Under the pieces are notes generated by a model that was not told the origin of the DNA, ran no database searches, and saw only the letters and a list, made by a program, of their open reading frames with translations. A stretch of 64,000 nt of DNA from the human T2T-CHM13v2.0 reference genome, Homo sapiens, in NCBI RefSeq assembly GCF_009914755.1, contig NC_060927.1; one strand, written 5' to 3'. Position 1 is the stretch's first letter; each line of letters opens with the position of its first letter. Shown here in pieces: positions 1-14,124 of this stretch. A program made the translations under genes and the position numbers.

Positions 1-1186
1 TTTCCACCCCTATAATTTACTAATTCATTATTTGCTTAATTTTCATATTTTGATAGTGAAATGTTGAAGTCTCACAGAACTTAAAAGTGGGGAAAAATGT
101 AAGGTCACCTAATCCAGTGTATTCACTGCACATAATGAATCGAGGGCGAGAGAGGTTAAGATCAAGGTCACAGGGCTAATTAATGGCAAAACCAAGTCTT
201 CATACCCAAACTGTGACACCTCTTAAGAACAATTCTATTTTTTAACTTCTATAGCATTTCTGCCAGCTTTTTACATATTTTGTTTCTCTGTTCAGATAAT
301 CATTCATTCATCATATGATTTCACCAACATGTGTCTCCCATGTTCTTGCTACTGACAAACTGTGAACTAAGGTTCTCTTCAGCTTCTGCTCCGAAATCAA
401 CTTTATCTTATGCTGTAACTGGGTAGTCCTGCTTTTCTTGACACTTGGTCATGGCAAGCTGGTTTGTCCCTTAGTAAACTTAAAGTCAGTCTCATAAACA
501 ACAGATTGTTAGACTTTAGTTTTTAACCAGTAACCATCATTTCATCTTTTCATCTTGATAAATTTAATCAGTCCATTTGTATAAACATAAAAAATGATGT
601 ATTTTTACTATACTCTATTATGCTATAGGTTTATTATTCTCCTGCCATTAAAAAAATTAACAGGATTTGTAGATGTAAAACTCTATTTCTCTTTAAATCG
701 AAAAATAAAATAAGCTGCCTATTGTCTTCCTTTTTCAAAAAACTTTAAAATCTTATTTTCCTCATTCATCTTGTTTTCAATTACATATAATATAGAATTT
801 TATTTTAAAAAATTACATGTTTCATGTGATATATAAATATATACTAAAGTATATTAAAAGTGGTAATCTTTTACTCCCCCCTTGCCCCAAAATACCACGC
901 CCCTCCAGAGGTAAGCTCTAATTAACAGTTTGATATATACTCTTCCATACCTTTTTCAGTATCTGCAATTGTGCTTTTATTCCCTATTGATTTTCCTAAT
1001 CTGAAAACATCAGCATATAACTATTCTATTATCAATTTAAAAATTTATGAACTCTGGAGTGATACAAAATTTACATCGTTATGTTTATCCTCCTTCCCAC
1101 TTCATTCTATCCTGGTAAAATCTGAAATATCTTATGGGATTCCACATGATCACACTGCATTCTGTACCGTGGTCTAAAGGCTTATA

Positions 1187-1678
1187 CTGTGCAGCCACTA
1201 GCCATATGTGCCTATTTAAACTTAAATAAAGAGTAAAGAATTTTCATTTTTTTTTTTTTTGGAAAACAGGGTCTTGCTCTGTCTCCTAGACTTGGAGTGC
1301 AGTGGAGTGACCATAACTTACTTCAGCCTGAAACTCCTGGGCTCAAGCGATTCTCCTGCCTTAGCCTCCCGAGTAGCTAGGACTAATATGCGCCACTGTA
1401 TCCGGCTAATTTTTTAAATTTTTAAAATTTTTTGCAGAGGCGAGGTCTTGCTATATTGCCCAAGCTGGTCTTGAACTCCTGGCCTGAAGCGATCCTCCCA
1501 CCTTGGCCTTCCAAAGTGCTGGGATTACAGGTGTCAGCCACCACTCCTGACCAAAAGTAAATAAAATTAAAAACTCAGTTTCTCAGACCCACTAGCCACA
1601 TTTTAAGTGACTAGTGGCTACTGTTTTGGACAGCGTTCCAACGTTATCACTGCAGAAAGTCCTATTGGACAGTGCTAG
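1187..1678 (-). mobile_element. MER3 (hAT-Charlie) split by an Alu
   Basis: gccactagccacat...ggacagc motifs on both sides of the Alu; cagaaagtcctattggacagtgctag terminus. Confidence 0.7.
1247..1552 (-). mobile_element. AluJ-type SINE
   Basis: Poly-T followed by the reverse-complemented Alu dimer. Confidence 0.9.
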
Positions 1679-3471
1679 TCTGAAAACTTGGTTAATTTTA
1701 TTTATTTATATAACAGTTACTCTTTGATAACAGCTAACTACTCTGATTAAAGTTAAATAATCTTTGGTAAGGTGCTTTCAAAGTTCCATTAGCTTTTCTA
1801 AGTGTTTTCAAAATGTTTCCAGCTTTAGGAAACTGCATGGTCTGTTATCCAGGAACCTAATATTTCCTACTACACGGGGATTTTTTCTTCTTTCAAGTTT
1901 AAGGTCCCAAGTTGTTTTTAACTATTACATTTTAAAATCTGCTCTTTTATGCTGGAAATTGTTTAAGTACTCAGGAAGGGAAGAAATTTTTTTGTTGTGG
2001 AACACCATAAACTCTCACTAACCATAGTGAGGTGGCCTTTCAGTTCAGCAAAGTTTTCTATAACTTTTCTCCCTGATTATTTATAAGCTGTATATTCCAA
2101 CCTTTTCTACTTCCTCTGGTAGTCTTACTTTTTGAAAGCTTATACAACCTCATCAGGTTTTCTAGATACATTGGTTCTATATATATTGTTTTTCTGTTAT
2201 AATGTTTTGTAATGTTTCTTTTACATGGTGAACTTTGAAAATTTCCCTATGACTTCTGTTCTGCAATTCATTTTATATGAGAACGTGAGTGGAAACTCCC
2301 GCCTTTTTTGAATCTTCAGTATCACCTATTTCTTGCACTGTGGCTCCTTCGTGCCCTATATTGCCACCATTGATATTTTTAGTTCTTTTTTTTAATTTCA
2401 GTACATTCCCTTCTACAGATGTTAGCTATTGTACCTCTTTGAATACCACATCAATTTGCTTCTATTTGCTTGAGTCACCAAGCAGTGAGGCCTGTGTGGG
2501 TGGGTTCCTGTTTCCTTCCAGCTCTCTCTTCCCTTCTAATGTTGTGACACTTATTAATTTTAATCAAGTTAGAGTTTTCCTCTGGTTTTCACACTGTTTG
2601 AGAAGCTGGTTTTTCTGGGATTTGTTGTCATTCCTATTTGTGTTAGATATCTACACTATAACTTGCTCTTGCTAGCTTTTCAAAAGCCTCTTTTAGAGAT
2701 GTGTTTCCTCAAAATGGGTCCAGAATAAAAGGAGCCTAACACATGCATGTAGCTTGCATTTCAGAAGTTCCTTTTTGAGACTATTACTGGGAAATCAGAA
2801 TGTTTCCACAAGAAGGAAAAATATAACAGACAACGGTTATGTCCTCAAACCAGTTCACAAAAGCAGTCTGAAGCACAATACCTCCATGGCAAAAATCAGT
2901 TAGTGTTTGAGCCATAAAGAAAGAAAAACTGGCAGGGAGATAAGAAGGGATCTTTCTTCTTAAGGACACTGCAAGTTTCTAAGACTTTGCTGTATTTTAT
3001 AGAAATACCCAAAATCAATTTCCTATTCATTAAAGGATCTGAAGAGCATTGTGAAGTGAGGTCTGCAGAGTGAGACAGGAACACACAGATGAGGCTGAGA
3101 AAGTGCTGGGGTTAGAAGACTAACAAAAGCTGTCTGCTGTCTCCCACCACTTCTCCAGACCTTGCCCTAGATCAATTCCAGGACACGATCAGAAATGAGA
3201 TTGGGTTGTTTATTCATTTTTGTAGATAAGGGGTTTCAAGTAGAAGAAAGATCTGGAAGAGAATGGGAAGAAAAGGGAATTCCTGTGGTCCATCAGGAAG
3301 TCCCAGATGCACAATGGTAGGTAAATGTCATATACAGCAATGTACATATGTTGAAGATAGCCTGTATCAATCTCAACAGTTAACCTCTTTGCAGAGCAAT
3401 CTTTAACCCATTTGAAATCTCACTGTCAATCACAGAGGCATATCCAATCATGAGTATTTGAAAGTGTCTTT

Positions 3472-3802
<331 letters not shown>

Positions 3803-3999
3803 TTAACCAAAGATATTTAGAAACCCAAATTCTCTCAAACATAATTTTAAACTGCCATAACTGCATTAGTCCACTAATTTTTAATCTAACTATACTTGAC
3901 AAATATGCAAAGATAACATCTGCCTCATCAATGAATATCATGGACTCCAAAAATGAATAAAGTAGAAAACACCCACAACTCATTACAGAGGAACTCGTT

Positions 4000-4390
4000 T
4001 TTTAAAAACTGACATATAATTCACATGCCACAAAATTCACAATTTTAAACTGTACAATCTAGTGGTTTTTAATATGTTCACAGAGTTGTGCACCCACCAC
4101 CACTATTTCAAGAACAATATCATCACCTTAAAAGGAAATCCTGTACCATTAGCAGTCACACCCCACTCTCTCTCCCCACAGCCCCTAACAATTCCTCTAC
4201 TTTCTGTCACTATGGATTTGCCTATTCTGGATATTTCTTATAAATGAAATCATACTATTTGTGACTTTTTGTATCTGCCTCCTTTCACATGCATTTTTTC
4301 AAGATTTATCCAGGCATATATCAGTAATTCATTTGCCTTTATTAATTTTATGAATGTTTATATCCATAGACCACATTTTATCCATGAGTA
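4000..4390 (-). mobile_element. Old L1M 3' end fragment
   Basis: aaaattcac...tgtacaat...gtggtttttaatatgttcacagagttgtgca and tatggatttgcctattctgga, typical of L1M 3' UTRs. Confidence 0.7.
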
Positions 4391-4409
4391 GCATTTTATT
4401 TATAGATAC

Positions 4410-4702
4410 TTTTTTTTTTGGAAATGGGGTCTTGCTCTGTCACCCAGGCTGGAGTGCAGTGGCACGATCATGGCTCACTGTAGCCTTGAACTCCTGGGCA
4501 CAAGTGATCCTCCCACCTCAGTCTCCTGATTAGCTGGGACTACAGGCATGTGCTACCATGCCTGGCCAATTTTTTAATTTTTTGTAGAGATGGGGTCTCG
4601 CTATGTTTCCCAGGATGGTCTTGAATTTCTGGCCTCAAGCAATCCCCCCATGTCAGCCTCCTAAAGTGCTGGGATTACAGGTGTGAGCCATGGTACTCAG
4701 CC
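4410..4702 (-). mobile_element. AluJ-type SINE
   Basis: Reverse Alu dimer with poly-T. Confidence 0.9.
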
Positions 4703-5431
4703 AGGCTTCCTTTTGTACCTTGCTACTACATGCTCCTTTGTACTTGCTTGGTAAATGTTTTTATGTCTTTTAAAAAGCAAAGTGTTATTATTTTCTTAAG
4801 AAGATGTGAAATTGGAGAACAAGTAATTTCGATTTCCTTTTTAAGTAAACTCCCACAGAACCTAATAAAGAATAACATTTAGCATAAAGAGATATAAATG
4901 AGTAGCTGCCTTCCCTGGATTCATTTTCTCCTCCTGTAAACAGGATATATGTCAACACTAATAATTCCCATCAGGATAACTTATGTGTAATTAAACAATA
5001 CCACACACATCTAATTATTACACAGTGTAGATGGGGTAGGCAATGAAAAACTCCTCAACCACAGAAATTGTGGTTTTAGCAAGCCTGCTCTATCGCCCAG
5101 TCCAAGGGATTACTTCCATCACTGACCTTTGCAACGTTAATTGCCTGCATGTTCCTGGGAGTCTTCACTTCCTTATGCACAGACATTTTCCCAAAATCAA
5201 ATCCAGGATTTGTCACTTAATTGGTTCTTAGTGGGGATAACAGAGATAAAACCAAAAATCCAAGATATTTTCCTAAATCCCTATTAAAAATTCTATAAGG
5301 ATAAACAGGCTAATCCTTCAAAGTCTAAGACTTGGTTCCTGAGTGGATTTTAAAGTATGACACTGTTTAATGTCCCTACCTTCCATAAGATATACTTAAA
5401 TTTTAAAAATTATACTTCTAACATTACCAAG

Positions 5432-5745
<314 letters not shown>

Positions 5746-6233
5746 TAATATTATGATGTCTTAAAGAGATAGAAACCCCTTTAAATTATTGAAGTATTCC
5801 AAATGGGGACAACCCCCTACTATATCAAGTACTGGAAGTCTGATGGTCTTGACTCCAAATTTGCTTCTCTGTAGCTTGTGGGAACTGTACTGGCCAAGGT
5901 TCTGAAAGAGAAAGTACTACTTATTTACTAGTGTCCGCTTCCAAAAAAAGTTCAAGCCTCTAAGTTTAAAAAATGGTTCACATTAGGATTTGTTAAAATT
6001 TCCTCACACTCAAATTTAGGGTAGTAAGGGACTTTAGAAATCTACTTTAACCTAATTATTTACAAATGAAAAGGAGGTGGATACGAGAGAAAAGACTTGC
6101 CCAAATCTATAGAGTCAGTTGGGAAAACTATTATACTTAAAATAAAAAGGTACTCAGGCTTCCAGCTGGAAGCTCATTTCATCATACCACCTACTTAAAA
6201 TGCCTAAGTTTGGACACTATTGAAATTCCTCTG

Positions 6234-6333
6234 TGTTGCAGTGAGCCGAGATCCCACCACTGCACTCCTGCCTGGGCAACAGAGTAAGGCCCTGTGTCAA
6301 AAAAAAAAAAGAAAAAAGAAAGAAAGAAAAAAA
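6234..6333 (+). mobile_element. 5'-truncated Alu with its own TSD
   Basis: Last ~65 nt of Alu plus A-rich tail; TSD gaaattcctctg at 6222-6233 and 6334-6345. Confidence 0.85.
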
Positions 6334-6393
6334 GAAATTCCTCTGCCTTCTAAGAGAAAAAAACAAAAGCAAAATGGATAACTTTCTGATCTA

Positions 6394-6936
<543 letters not shown>

Positions 6937-6985
6937 TTGAGAATGAAAGGTAGAGGTATCACACTTCATTTCATGAGATAAAGAA

Positions 6986-7249
6986 TTTTTTTTTTTTTTT
7001 TTTTGAGACAGAGTCTCGTTCTGTTGCCCAGGCTGGAGTACAGTGGCGTGATCTCAGCTCACTGCAACCTTGCCTCCCAGTAGCTGGGACCACACGCCCG
7101 TGCCACCACACCCGGCTAATTTTTGTATTTTTAGTAGAGACGGGGTTTCACTGTGTTAGCCAGGACGGTCTCAATCTCCTGACCTCGTGATCCACCCGCC
7201 TCGGCCTCCCAGAGTGCTGGGATTACAGGCGTGAGCCACCGTGCCCAGC
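6986..7249 (-). mobile_element. Alu (S/Y-like) with internal deletion
   Basis: Poly-T, reverse Alu, gagataaa on both flanks. Confidence 0.9.
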
Positions 7250-7409
7250 GAGATAAATGATTTTTTCTTAAGTATCATTCCATAGTTCAGGTTTTAAAAG
7301 TTGCCAGTAAAGTATAAATGTTATGATGGTCTTGCCTGGAGGCTAAGCAAAATGAACCAGATCTTCCCTGCAATCTGAAGGTTTTTCACCATAATGAAAT
7401 ATACGAACT

Positions 7410-7850
7410 ATGGCGGCTATTGATTTTGTGTGCCCAAAGCTATCCCCATCCCTCTTTTCCATAAGCAAAGTCTATAGTCCCTTGGACAGAAGAATGGGCA
7501 TGTGTCCTAAGATTGGCTAATCAAGCACCTCACATCACTGGCATAGTCTAAGTAGGGCCAACCAGAATCCTCTCTGGGAACTGTGTGACACAGATGCTGC
7601 GAAAAATAAACACCCTCCCTGTTTCCCACCATGTGGAGAGCCCAAGACCAACATTCAAAGAGAAACAGACAAGCAGAAATGAGAGAAAGCAAGAGAATCT
7701 GGCAGTGTCAGCTCCTTGGTTCTCATTCCTGAGCTAGTTTCTTTGTAAATTAATCCTGTATCTGTATCAACTACAGAGGCCAGAAAATTCCTTTTTTGCT
7801 TAAAATAGTTTGAATTGGGTTTTTGTCCCTTGCAATTCCAAAATCCTAAT
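7410..7850. mobile_element. Old MLT1-type MaLR LTR
   Basis: gggcatgtgtcctaagattggctaatca and gcttaaaatagtttgaattgggtttttgtcccttgcaa resemble MLT1 LTR motifs. Confidence 0.5.
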
Positions 7851-8342
7851 CTATACTTACCCCAAGAGAGAGGGCTGGATATACATTGCCCTTAATGCAG
7901 GGAAATCAATACATTTTTGTTAAATTTTTAAAATTTGGACGCCTCTAGACAGGCTCTCTATTATGTCTTCTATCTATCACTTCCAATATCCTACACCCAC
8001 CAACTTCACTATTTCTATTACATAAACCCTGAAAGCATCTGATTTTGCCAGTGCTTCCCCAGGATGTCCCTAGAATTTTTAAAAATCCTAATATAAGCTT
8101 GCTTCAGTTGATTTCCCAAAAAAGTCGAATATAAAATACATTCAAGGTAACCTAAGTTAAATGAGATTCTACCCAATCTAGAACATCAAAAAGCCTAGGT
8201 ATCAACACTTTAGTATGTGAGGAGGCAAAATTTCAAAATTTAACATGAATCCAAAGGGGGTATGCTACTTCAATATAATTTAGTTGCATGTTTTTCTTCA
8301 TACCAATGGAAATCAATAACAACAATAAATCTCAGGACCTAC

Positions 8343-8460
8343 CTCCAATAAGGCTCCAGTTTGAAAGAATTTCAAAGGCTTTTCAATTGAATAATAAAGG
8401 CTATGGTAGCTACCCTTAGCCAGGTATGCTCGGACCAGACCAACCGCTATAACCAGCCAC
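8343..8460 (-). CDS. HACD2: HACD2 coding exon 2
   Basis: ttttactAG acceptor at 8461-8462 and GTAGG donor at 8342; 118 nt continuing the exon 1 phase: (G)[39 protein letters not shown]; later exons lie left of the window. Confidence 0.96.
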
Positions 8461-10194
8461 CTAGTAAAAGAGAAAACAGCAATCAGGAAAAAATAAAAAT
8501 AAAAAAAGTAGCATTTAGGTTAACACACAGCTGTGGCAATAAAAGATATTGCTAAAGGTGACCTCAAGCATGAGTAACCTGGATTTATGGACGATAGCTC
8601 TCAAATGCCAAGCTGTAATGCACTGAAATGTTGCAACACCGACAGCACCTTACCAAGAGGGCTCAGTGAAAGCATAGTGGCACCTCACCCATCTGGAGCT
8701 CATTTTTTTGGCAACTTTGCTATTGAGATCAAGGCCAAAAGGAAAGGAATAAGCTAAAATGGTCCTTGTGCCACTAAATCAGGTGCCAAGAAAATCTAAG
8801 ACGAGAAAAAAACAGTTAAAGGAAAATTTTAAACAGCCTGTGCAGTTAAAGGGTTTTTAATAATTACAGGGTGGAAAGAAGATGCTTTAAACTATTGTTA
8901 TAATTGTCTCACTGGAACAATTACCCATACCTTAAAATCTATCCTTTTAAAATTACGAATAAAGGGCTCTTGCTAAAAAAAAAAAGTTTTTTAGCCAAAT
9001 TTCCTAAAATCAATGCAGAAATGAAAGCCAGATCAATACAAACCACGAAACAGGAAAGCACTTAAGCATACAGCTGTGAATGTTATATTTTTGTTCCACT
9101 GTCCTTCTCAAAAATAAACACAATGTTTTGTTAAGTTCCATAATAAAACAAATGGACCTTTTTATTAAGGTATGTCTCCTGGAAGGATTTAGATAAATGT
9201 ATAGTATCAACTAGGCAATGGGGTGTGTGTGGTCTATGCTATTTCCAAAAACTATCACATAAGGACATCAAGTAAGAGTTTGTAAAAGAAGAAATTATTT
9301 AATGGTGTAACTGGTACAACCATTAACAGCCTTAAAAAAAAAGCTTACTTTGCTCTCACAATCCCAATTTATCTTCCTGGTTTAAGATACCACTCCTTAC
9401 CCTCCACCCCATTCTCTATGTTCATTGCTCAGGAATAGACTTCTTTCTTCTTACCAATGTACCTCAAAATCCCTCTCCAGTCCAATGCCCTCACCGGCTC
9501 TTGCTAAGACAACAAGAATTTTATATATAAATATTAATACACACAGTGAGATTCCTGGATGTTTTTTTAAAAATCAATCTATGTGACCACTGATGTGATA
9601 TAAAGCTTGTATCTGTACTAGTTCTTCATTGACCTGTGAGTCAAGAGAAATGATTTCTAGATCTGGAACTTCTACTAACAAGTTCTATGATCTCATGCAA
9701 GTCACAACTTCTCTGAGCCTAGGTTCCAACACCTACCATTTCTAATACTAGCAATACATATATGATCCTCCCACGATATATTTTCTTCTTCGTGAAAAAA
9801 AAGCAAGGTGCTGAACTGTAAAAATATTAATATATTGGCATTTGTCTTATTTTAAAAAGGGATAGGGGGATGTATAAACATATTTGCTTGCATCAGCATC
9901 TTAAGGATACACAAAATTAACTGCCTCGAGGGAGGGGAGCTGGGTAGAAGGGAAAGGTGGGAGGAAAGATTTTCACTGTATTCCCTCATGTTTTTCATTT
10001 TTAACCCTAACAATGTATCACCTACTTTAAATAAAAATGGATGTTCACTATACAATTCTTTCAACTCTTCTGTATGTTTGAAATTTTTCATAATAAAATG
10101 TTAGGACTTCTTAAAAAATTACAAATGAAGATAACTTAAAAATATATAACTGTCTGATGCTGTGATCCTCCTCACCAAAATGACAAGATAAAGA

Positions 10195-10325
10195 ATTGCA
10201 GAGCTGAAGGAACCTTCATCACCCAGACCAACCCTTTAGTTTTACAAATGAAAAAACGGAGGCTAGAGAAATAAGATGATTTATCCAAAGTCACACAGCT
10301 AGTTAGTGGCAGAGCTTGAACTAAA
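10195..10325. mobile_element. MIR
   Basis: Core ttttacaaatgaaaaaacggaggctagaga...ccaaagtcacacagctagttagtggcagagc. Confidence 0.75.
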
Positions 10326-10619
10326 AACCCGCCGGGATAAGGGATGCACTGAAATGAAAGAGACAGAAGATGGGTAAAACCGTTTCGAGGGTCCATTCTC
10401 CCCCTTTCCAGTAACTCTGCCTTCTACTCCCCAGTTTCTTCCCCACCCCAACCCATCCTAAAAGTCTAAACTCATCTAAAGCCTAGCTCTGCTCATGTCG
10501 CTGGCCAAAAACTTTGAACGCTTTCCCAATACCTTTCAGATTAAAGCGCAGCCCAGATTTTGAAAACAGCCGCCCAAATGAATGGTCACTCTGCAGCCAC
10601 AGCTCCTCCACTCCCCATG

Positions 10620-11500
10620 CTGGCGCCGTTCAACATCCGAATCTGGCCGCCCAGGACGGGCTCCGCGCCGCAGGTAGTCCGGCCGCTGCCCCCGGCCCCG
10701 CACCTGTGGCCAGCCCCACCTTTCCTCCCGCGGCCCTCGCGAGCCAGCGCCCGGCAGCCGTCCCCGCGCCCCAGTGCCTGGGAACTTGGCTCGACCCCCA
10801 GCGCAGGAGGGAGCTCGCGGGCAGCCACCGGGGCCGATTCAGCGCTCGGCCGCCCTCAGCGCCCAGGTACCGGGTCCCGGGCACCCCCCGCCGGGAATGC
10901 ACTGCCTGCGGCGGGCCGCGCCGATCCTATCCGCCCCGCCGCTGGCCGCAGGGCTCCCTCCCCGGCCGCGCTGGCTCCCCGCCTCCCCGAGCCCCAGCCT
11001 CACCCGGCTGTCATCACCACATTGTAGATGACCAGGTACGCCGTGGCCAGGGGCCCCGGGCCCTTCTTCTTCCGCGTGCCGCTGGCGTCCCCGGCCCCGG
11101 CCCTGCCACCGCCGCCCCCATTCCCCTTCGCTGCTGCAGTCGCCGCCACTGCCGCCATGTCAAGTGCCCGAAGCCCGCTCTCCTAGCGCGAGCGGCTCGG
11201 GCCGGACTACGCGAGGAGAGGGGGCGGAGGAAGGGACGAGGGGCAGGCGGGGCCAGGGCCGCGGGGCGGAGCCGGGACAGGGTCCACGGCAGCCGCCATC
11301 TTGGCTGAGGGCAAAGACGCTCCTGGCGCTCCCGTCTTTCGGCTTGCCTCAGTTGCCACTGCCATCTTGGATCAGGGTAATTCCCGCCTCTTGGGCGCTC
11401 CCGGTTACAACCTCGGCGCCATCTTGGATTAGTTCAATGTAGCCACCCTCTCCAGGCCCGCTGCTTCTGCCAGCTGGATGTTGCGTCGTCCCTCGCTATT
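10620..11500. promoter_or_regulatory. CpG island / bidirectional promoter (HACD2 leftward, lncRNA rightward)
   Basis: Abrupt rise in GC and CpG density; GC boxes GGGGCGG at 11221 and 11263; YY1-type GCCATCTT motifs at 11295, 11361, 11418; no obvious TATA box. Confidence 0.9.
11004..11158 (-). CDS. HACD2: HACD2 (PTPLB) coding exon 1, very-long-chain 3-hydroxyacyl-CoA dehydratase 2
   Basis: ATG at 11158 translates [52 protein letters not shown]; 155 nt (phase 2), followed by a GTGAG donor at 11003; lies in a CpG island; matches the HACD2 N-terminus as recalled. Confidence 0.96.
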
Positions 11501-12281
11501 CGCCCTCCTATAATCACTGCTTCCATGTTGAATCAAAACAATTATGCTTTCGTTCTCCCTTCTTCAATTGCCCTATCTTCACACCTGAACACTATTGCTC
11601 CGGTATCCTGCCATTTTGGATCAGGGCGGTTGACGGTGGATTCACTTCCCATCAGCCCTTGAGGCTGCAGGGACCAGCCCTTTGGTAGGTGCGCTTTGCT
11701 TCCTAACCCGTTGCCGGGTTGGAGATTCCACCTCCGAAGTTTTCTTTCTGACTTTTGATTTTACATTCCTAGTACAGTGGAGAAGCCCAGGCGGCCTAGA
11801 ATCCAGTGTCGTCCGTGAGTGCTTGGCTGGTGTTCAAGTGCATCTTCCAGCCTGAGACCGCGTGGACTCGCTCATCGTGAGGGCGAGAGGAGGATAAGCC
11901 CATTGGGCTGTCGGCTGAGAGTGAGGTGCGGGGTAAGGGAGTAGATTTATAGCTATAGTGACTAAAAATAAAAGGATGTTGGCTTAGGTGGAAAACCTCT
12001 CTGCTTTGGGAAGCTGGAGCAGCTTGTGGGCATTGCTTCAACCAGCTGATCCCACTTTCCATTCATTGCTTTGTTTCAGGAGGTTCTTTATTTGTAAACG
12101 TCCCCTGCAATTTTTTACACACCCAAGCAGCTCCTTAAATGTATTACTGTATATGTGGTAGTATAAAATATTTATGGGTTCATTCCAGCAAGTGTTTATG
12201 GAGCGTCCACAAAGTTGCCCTGGAGTTCATGGCACTAAGTGAAAGAGACAAAGTCGTCAGTCTCCCAGGGATTATATAGAG

Positions 12282-12593
12282 CAGCGGCCCCCAACCTTTT
12301 GGTCAACAGGGACCGGTTTCGTGGTGGGGGGGTGGATGATGGTTTCAGGATGATTCAAAGGCATTACATTTATCATTAGATTCTCATAAGGAGCACACAA
12401 CTTAGATCCCTCCAATGCGCAGTTCACAATAGGTTCCCCGCTCCTATGAGAATCTGATGCCACCGCTGATCTGAGGGAGGCGGAGCTCAGGAGGTAATGC
12501 TCCCTTGCTTGCTGCTCACCTCCTGCTGTGCCTCCTGGTTCCTAACAGGCCAGGGATTGGTTCTATCCGCAGCCTGGGGCTTAAGGACCCCTG
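12282..12593. mobile_element. MER1B (hAT-Charlie MITE)
   Basis: TIR-like ends cagcggcccccaaccttttgg ... gacccctg; internal attagattctcataaggagc. Confidence 0.8.
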
Positions 12594-12973
12594 AGGGAAC
12601 CAGACGAAAATGCTCGTATTAGTTGGTGAAAAGTGGTATCAGGAAGTTATTACAATAATCCAGCCATGGTGATAGTGGTGTGGGCCAGAGTGGTGGAAAT
12701 CGAGGTGATGAAAACAACAATGAATTCTGTGCGTATTTTAGAAGTAGAATTATAAGATTTGTGGATATGTTAGTTTTGGAGTGTGAGGTCAAAGGCGTTT
12801 TGAGCAACTTGTAAGAAACCATTTTTAAGGCGGAAGTCGGGAATTTTGTTTTTTATATGTTGAATTTGAAATCCTTATTAAACATCCAAGTGGAGAGGCT
12901 GGATAGACAATTAAATTTAGACCCTGAGGTTCGGGAAGGAAGTCCAATGGGCTAGAGATATAAATTTGAGAGT

Positions 12974-13374
12974 TGTCAACCTAAAATAATAAAAAAGGTA
13001 AGAATCTAGTTTAAAGGAAGTTTATTCAAGCATAAAGGTTGAAGATGGCTACCTGGGAGCATAGATTCAAGTTACCCTAAATATACACTCTGATTAGCAG
13101 CGGTTATGAGTGGGTTTTTAAAGGAAAAAGAGGCAGCTTCTAAGTTGTTTACTAAGAATTTACATTAAAATTACATTAGCTATTGATTGGCTATAAACTA
13201 TTCTTTGTATCACAGATTCCAGGAACATGAAGATAATGGGTGAGGCTGCTAGTCAGGAACAAAATGTCTAAACAGTTGCCCCCAGGCAAACTCTTGTCTC
13301 TGGGCCTGATAAATTTTTGCATACTTCACATAGCTCAGACAGCTCAGAGCTGTTTGAGGTATTATCTTTTCTCA
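12974..13374 (-). mobile_element. ERV1 solo LTR (MER57-like) inserted in L2
   Basis: TG...CA termini; 4-bp TSD gagt (12970-12973, 13375-13378); L2-like sequence continues on both sides. Confidence 0.75.
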
Positions 13375-14124
13375 GAGTTCTGAGGGTGGTGGTGGTATTT
13401 AAATCCATGACACTGTAATCACCCAATACGTTCTTCCTTCCCACTGCACAGACAAAATCAATTCATAGAGACCATGGCATTGCAATAAAGAATTTAATTG
13501 ACATGAGATAGGTCTTGGAGATGGAGTTATTACTCCAAATCTCCCCCAAAATTCAGAGGGTAGGGTTTTTCAAGAATAGTTTGGCTAAGATCTGAGAGCT
13601 ATAGTCAAAACAAAACAAAACAAAACACCCACCCCCCCCCCAACACACACACAGTTTGGCAGGCAGGAGGCTGGAGGAATGGGTGCTGCTGATTGGTTGG
13701 GAATGCAATTATAGGGGTGTGGAAAATGGTCCCCCTGCACTGAGCCTGCTTCTGGGTGGAGGCCACAGGACTGGTTGAGCCAAGAGTCAAAGGTCTCAGT
13801 GGGGTCGTCAGCCATCCGAAATGCAGAAGCCTGAAAGTTTATCTCAAAAGGCCAATCTTAGGTTCTACAGTAGTGAACTGGGGAAGCTGCAAATCTAGTG
13901 ACCTCTGGAATAGTGGCTGGTAATCATTTAACTTAACAAAGCCTATGTCTTAGCAGAATTCAAGCTCCTCTTATCCTTCTAACCTGGTGGCTTTTCATTA
14001 GTTTTACAAAAGTGGTTTAGTTTTGGGGAGGGGCTATTATCGCTTAAACTGTAAACTAAGTTTCTCCCAAAGTTAGCTTGGTGCAAGCCCAGGAATGACC
14101 AAGGGCAGTTTTGGAGGTTAAAGA

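Noticed and set aside
11207-11299. Strong-Kozak ATG (aagATGg, 11299, minus) exactly in frame with the HACD2 start, suggesting a 47-aa N-terminal extension
   Set aside because: In-frame TAG codons at 11207-11209 and 11183-11185 close the frame; the ATG is part of the YY1 motif and may lie upstream of the TSS.
10514-11442. Long plus- and minus-strand ORFs (264, 155, 92 aa) over the CpG island
   Set aside because: Pro/Ala/Arg/Gly-rich products expected from GC-rich, stop-poor DNA; near-cognate starts and no recognisable domain.
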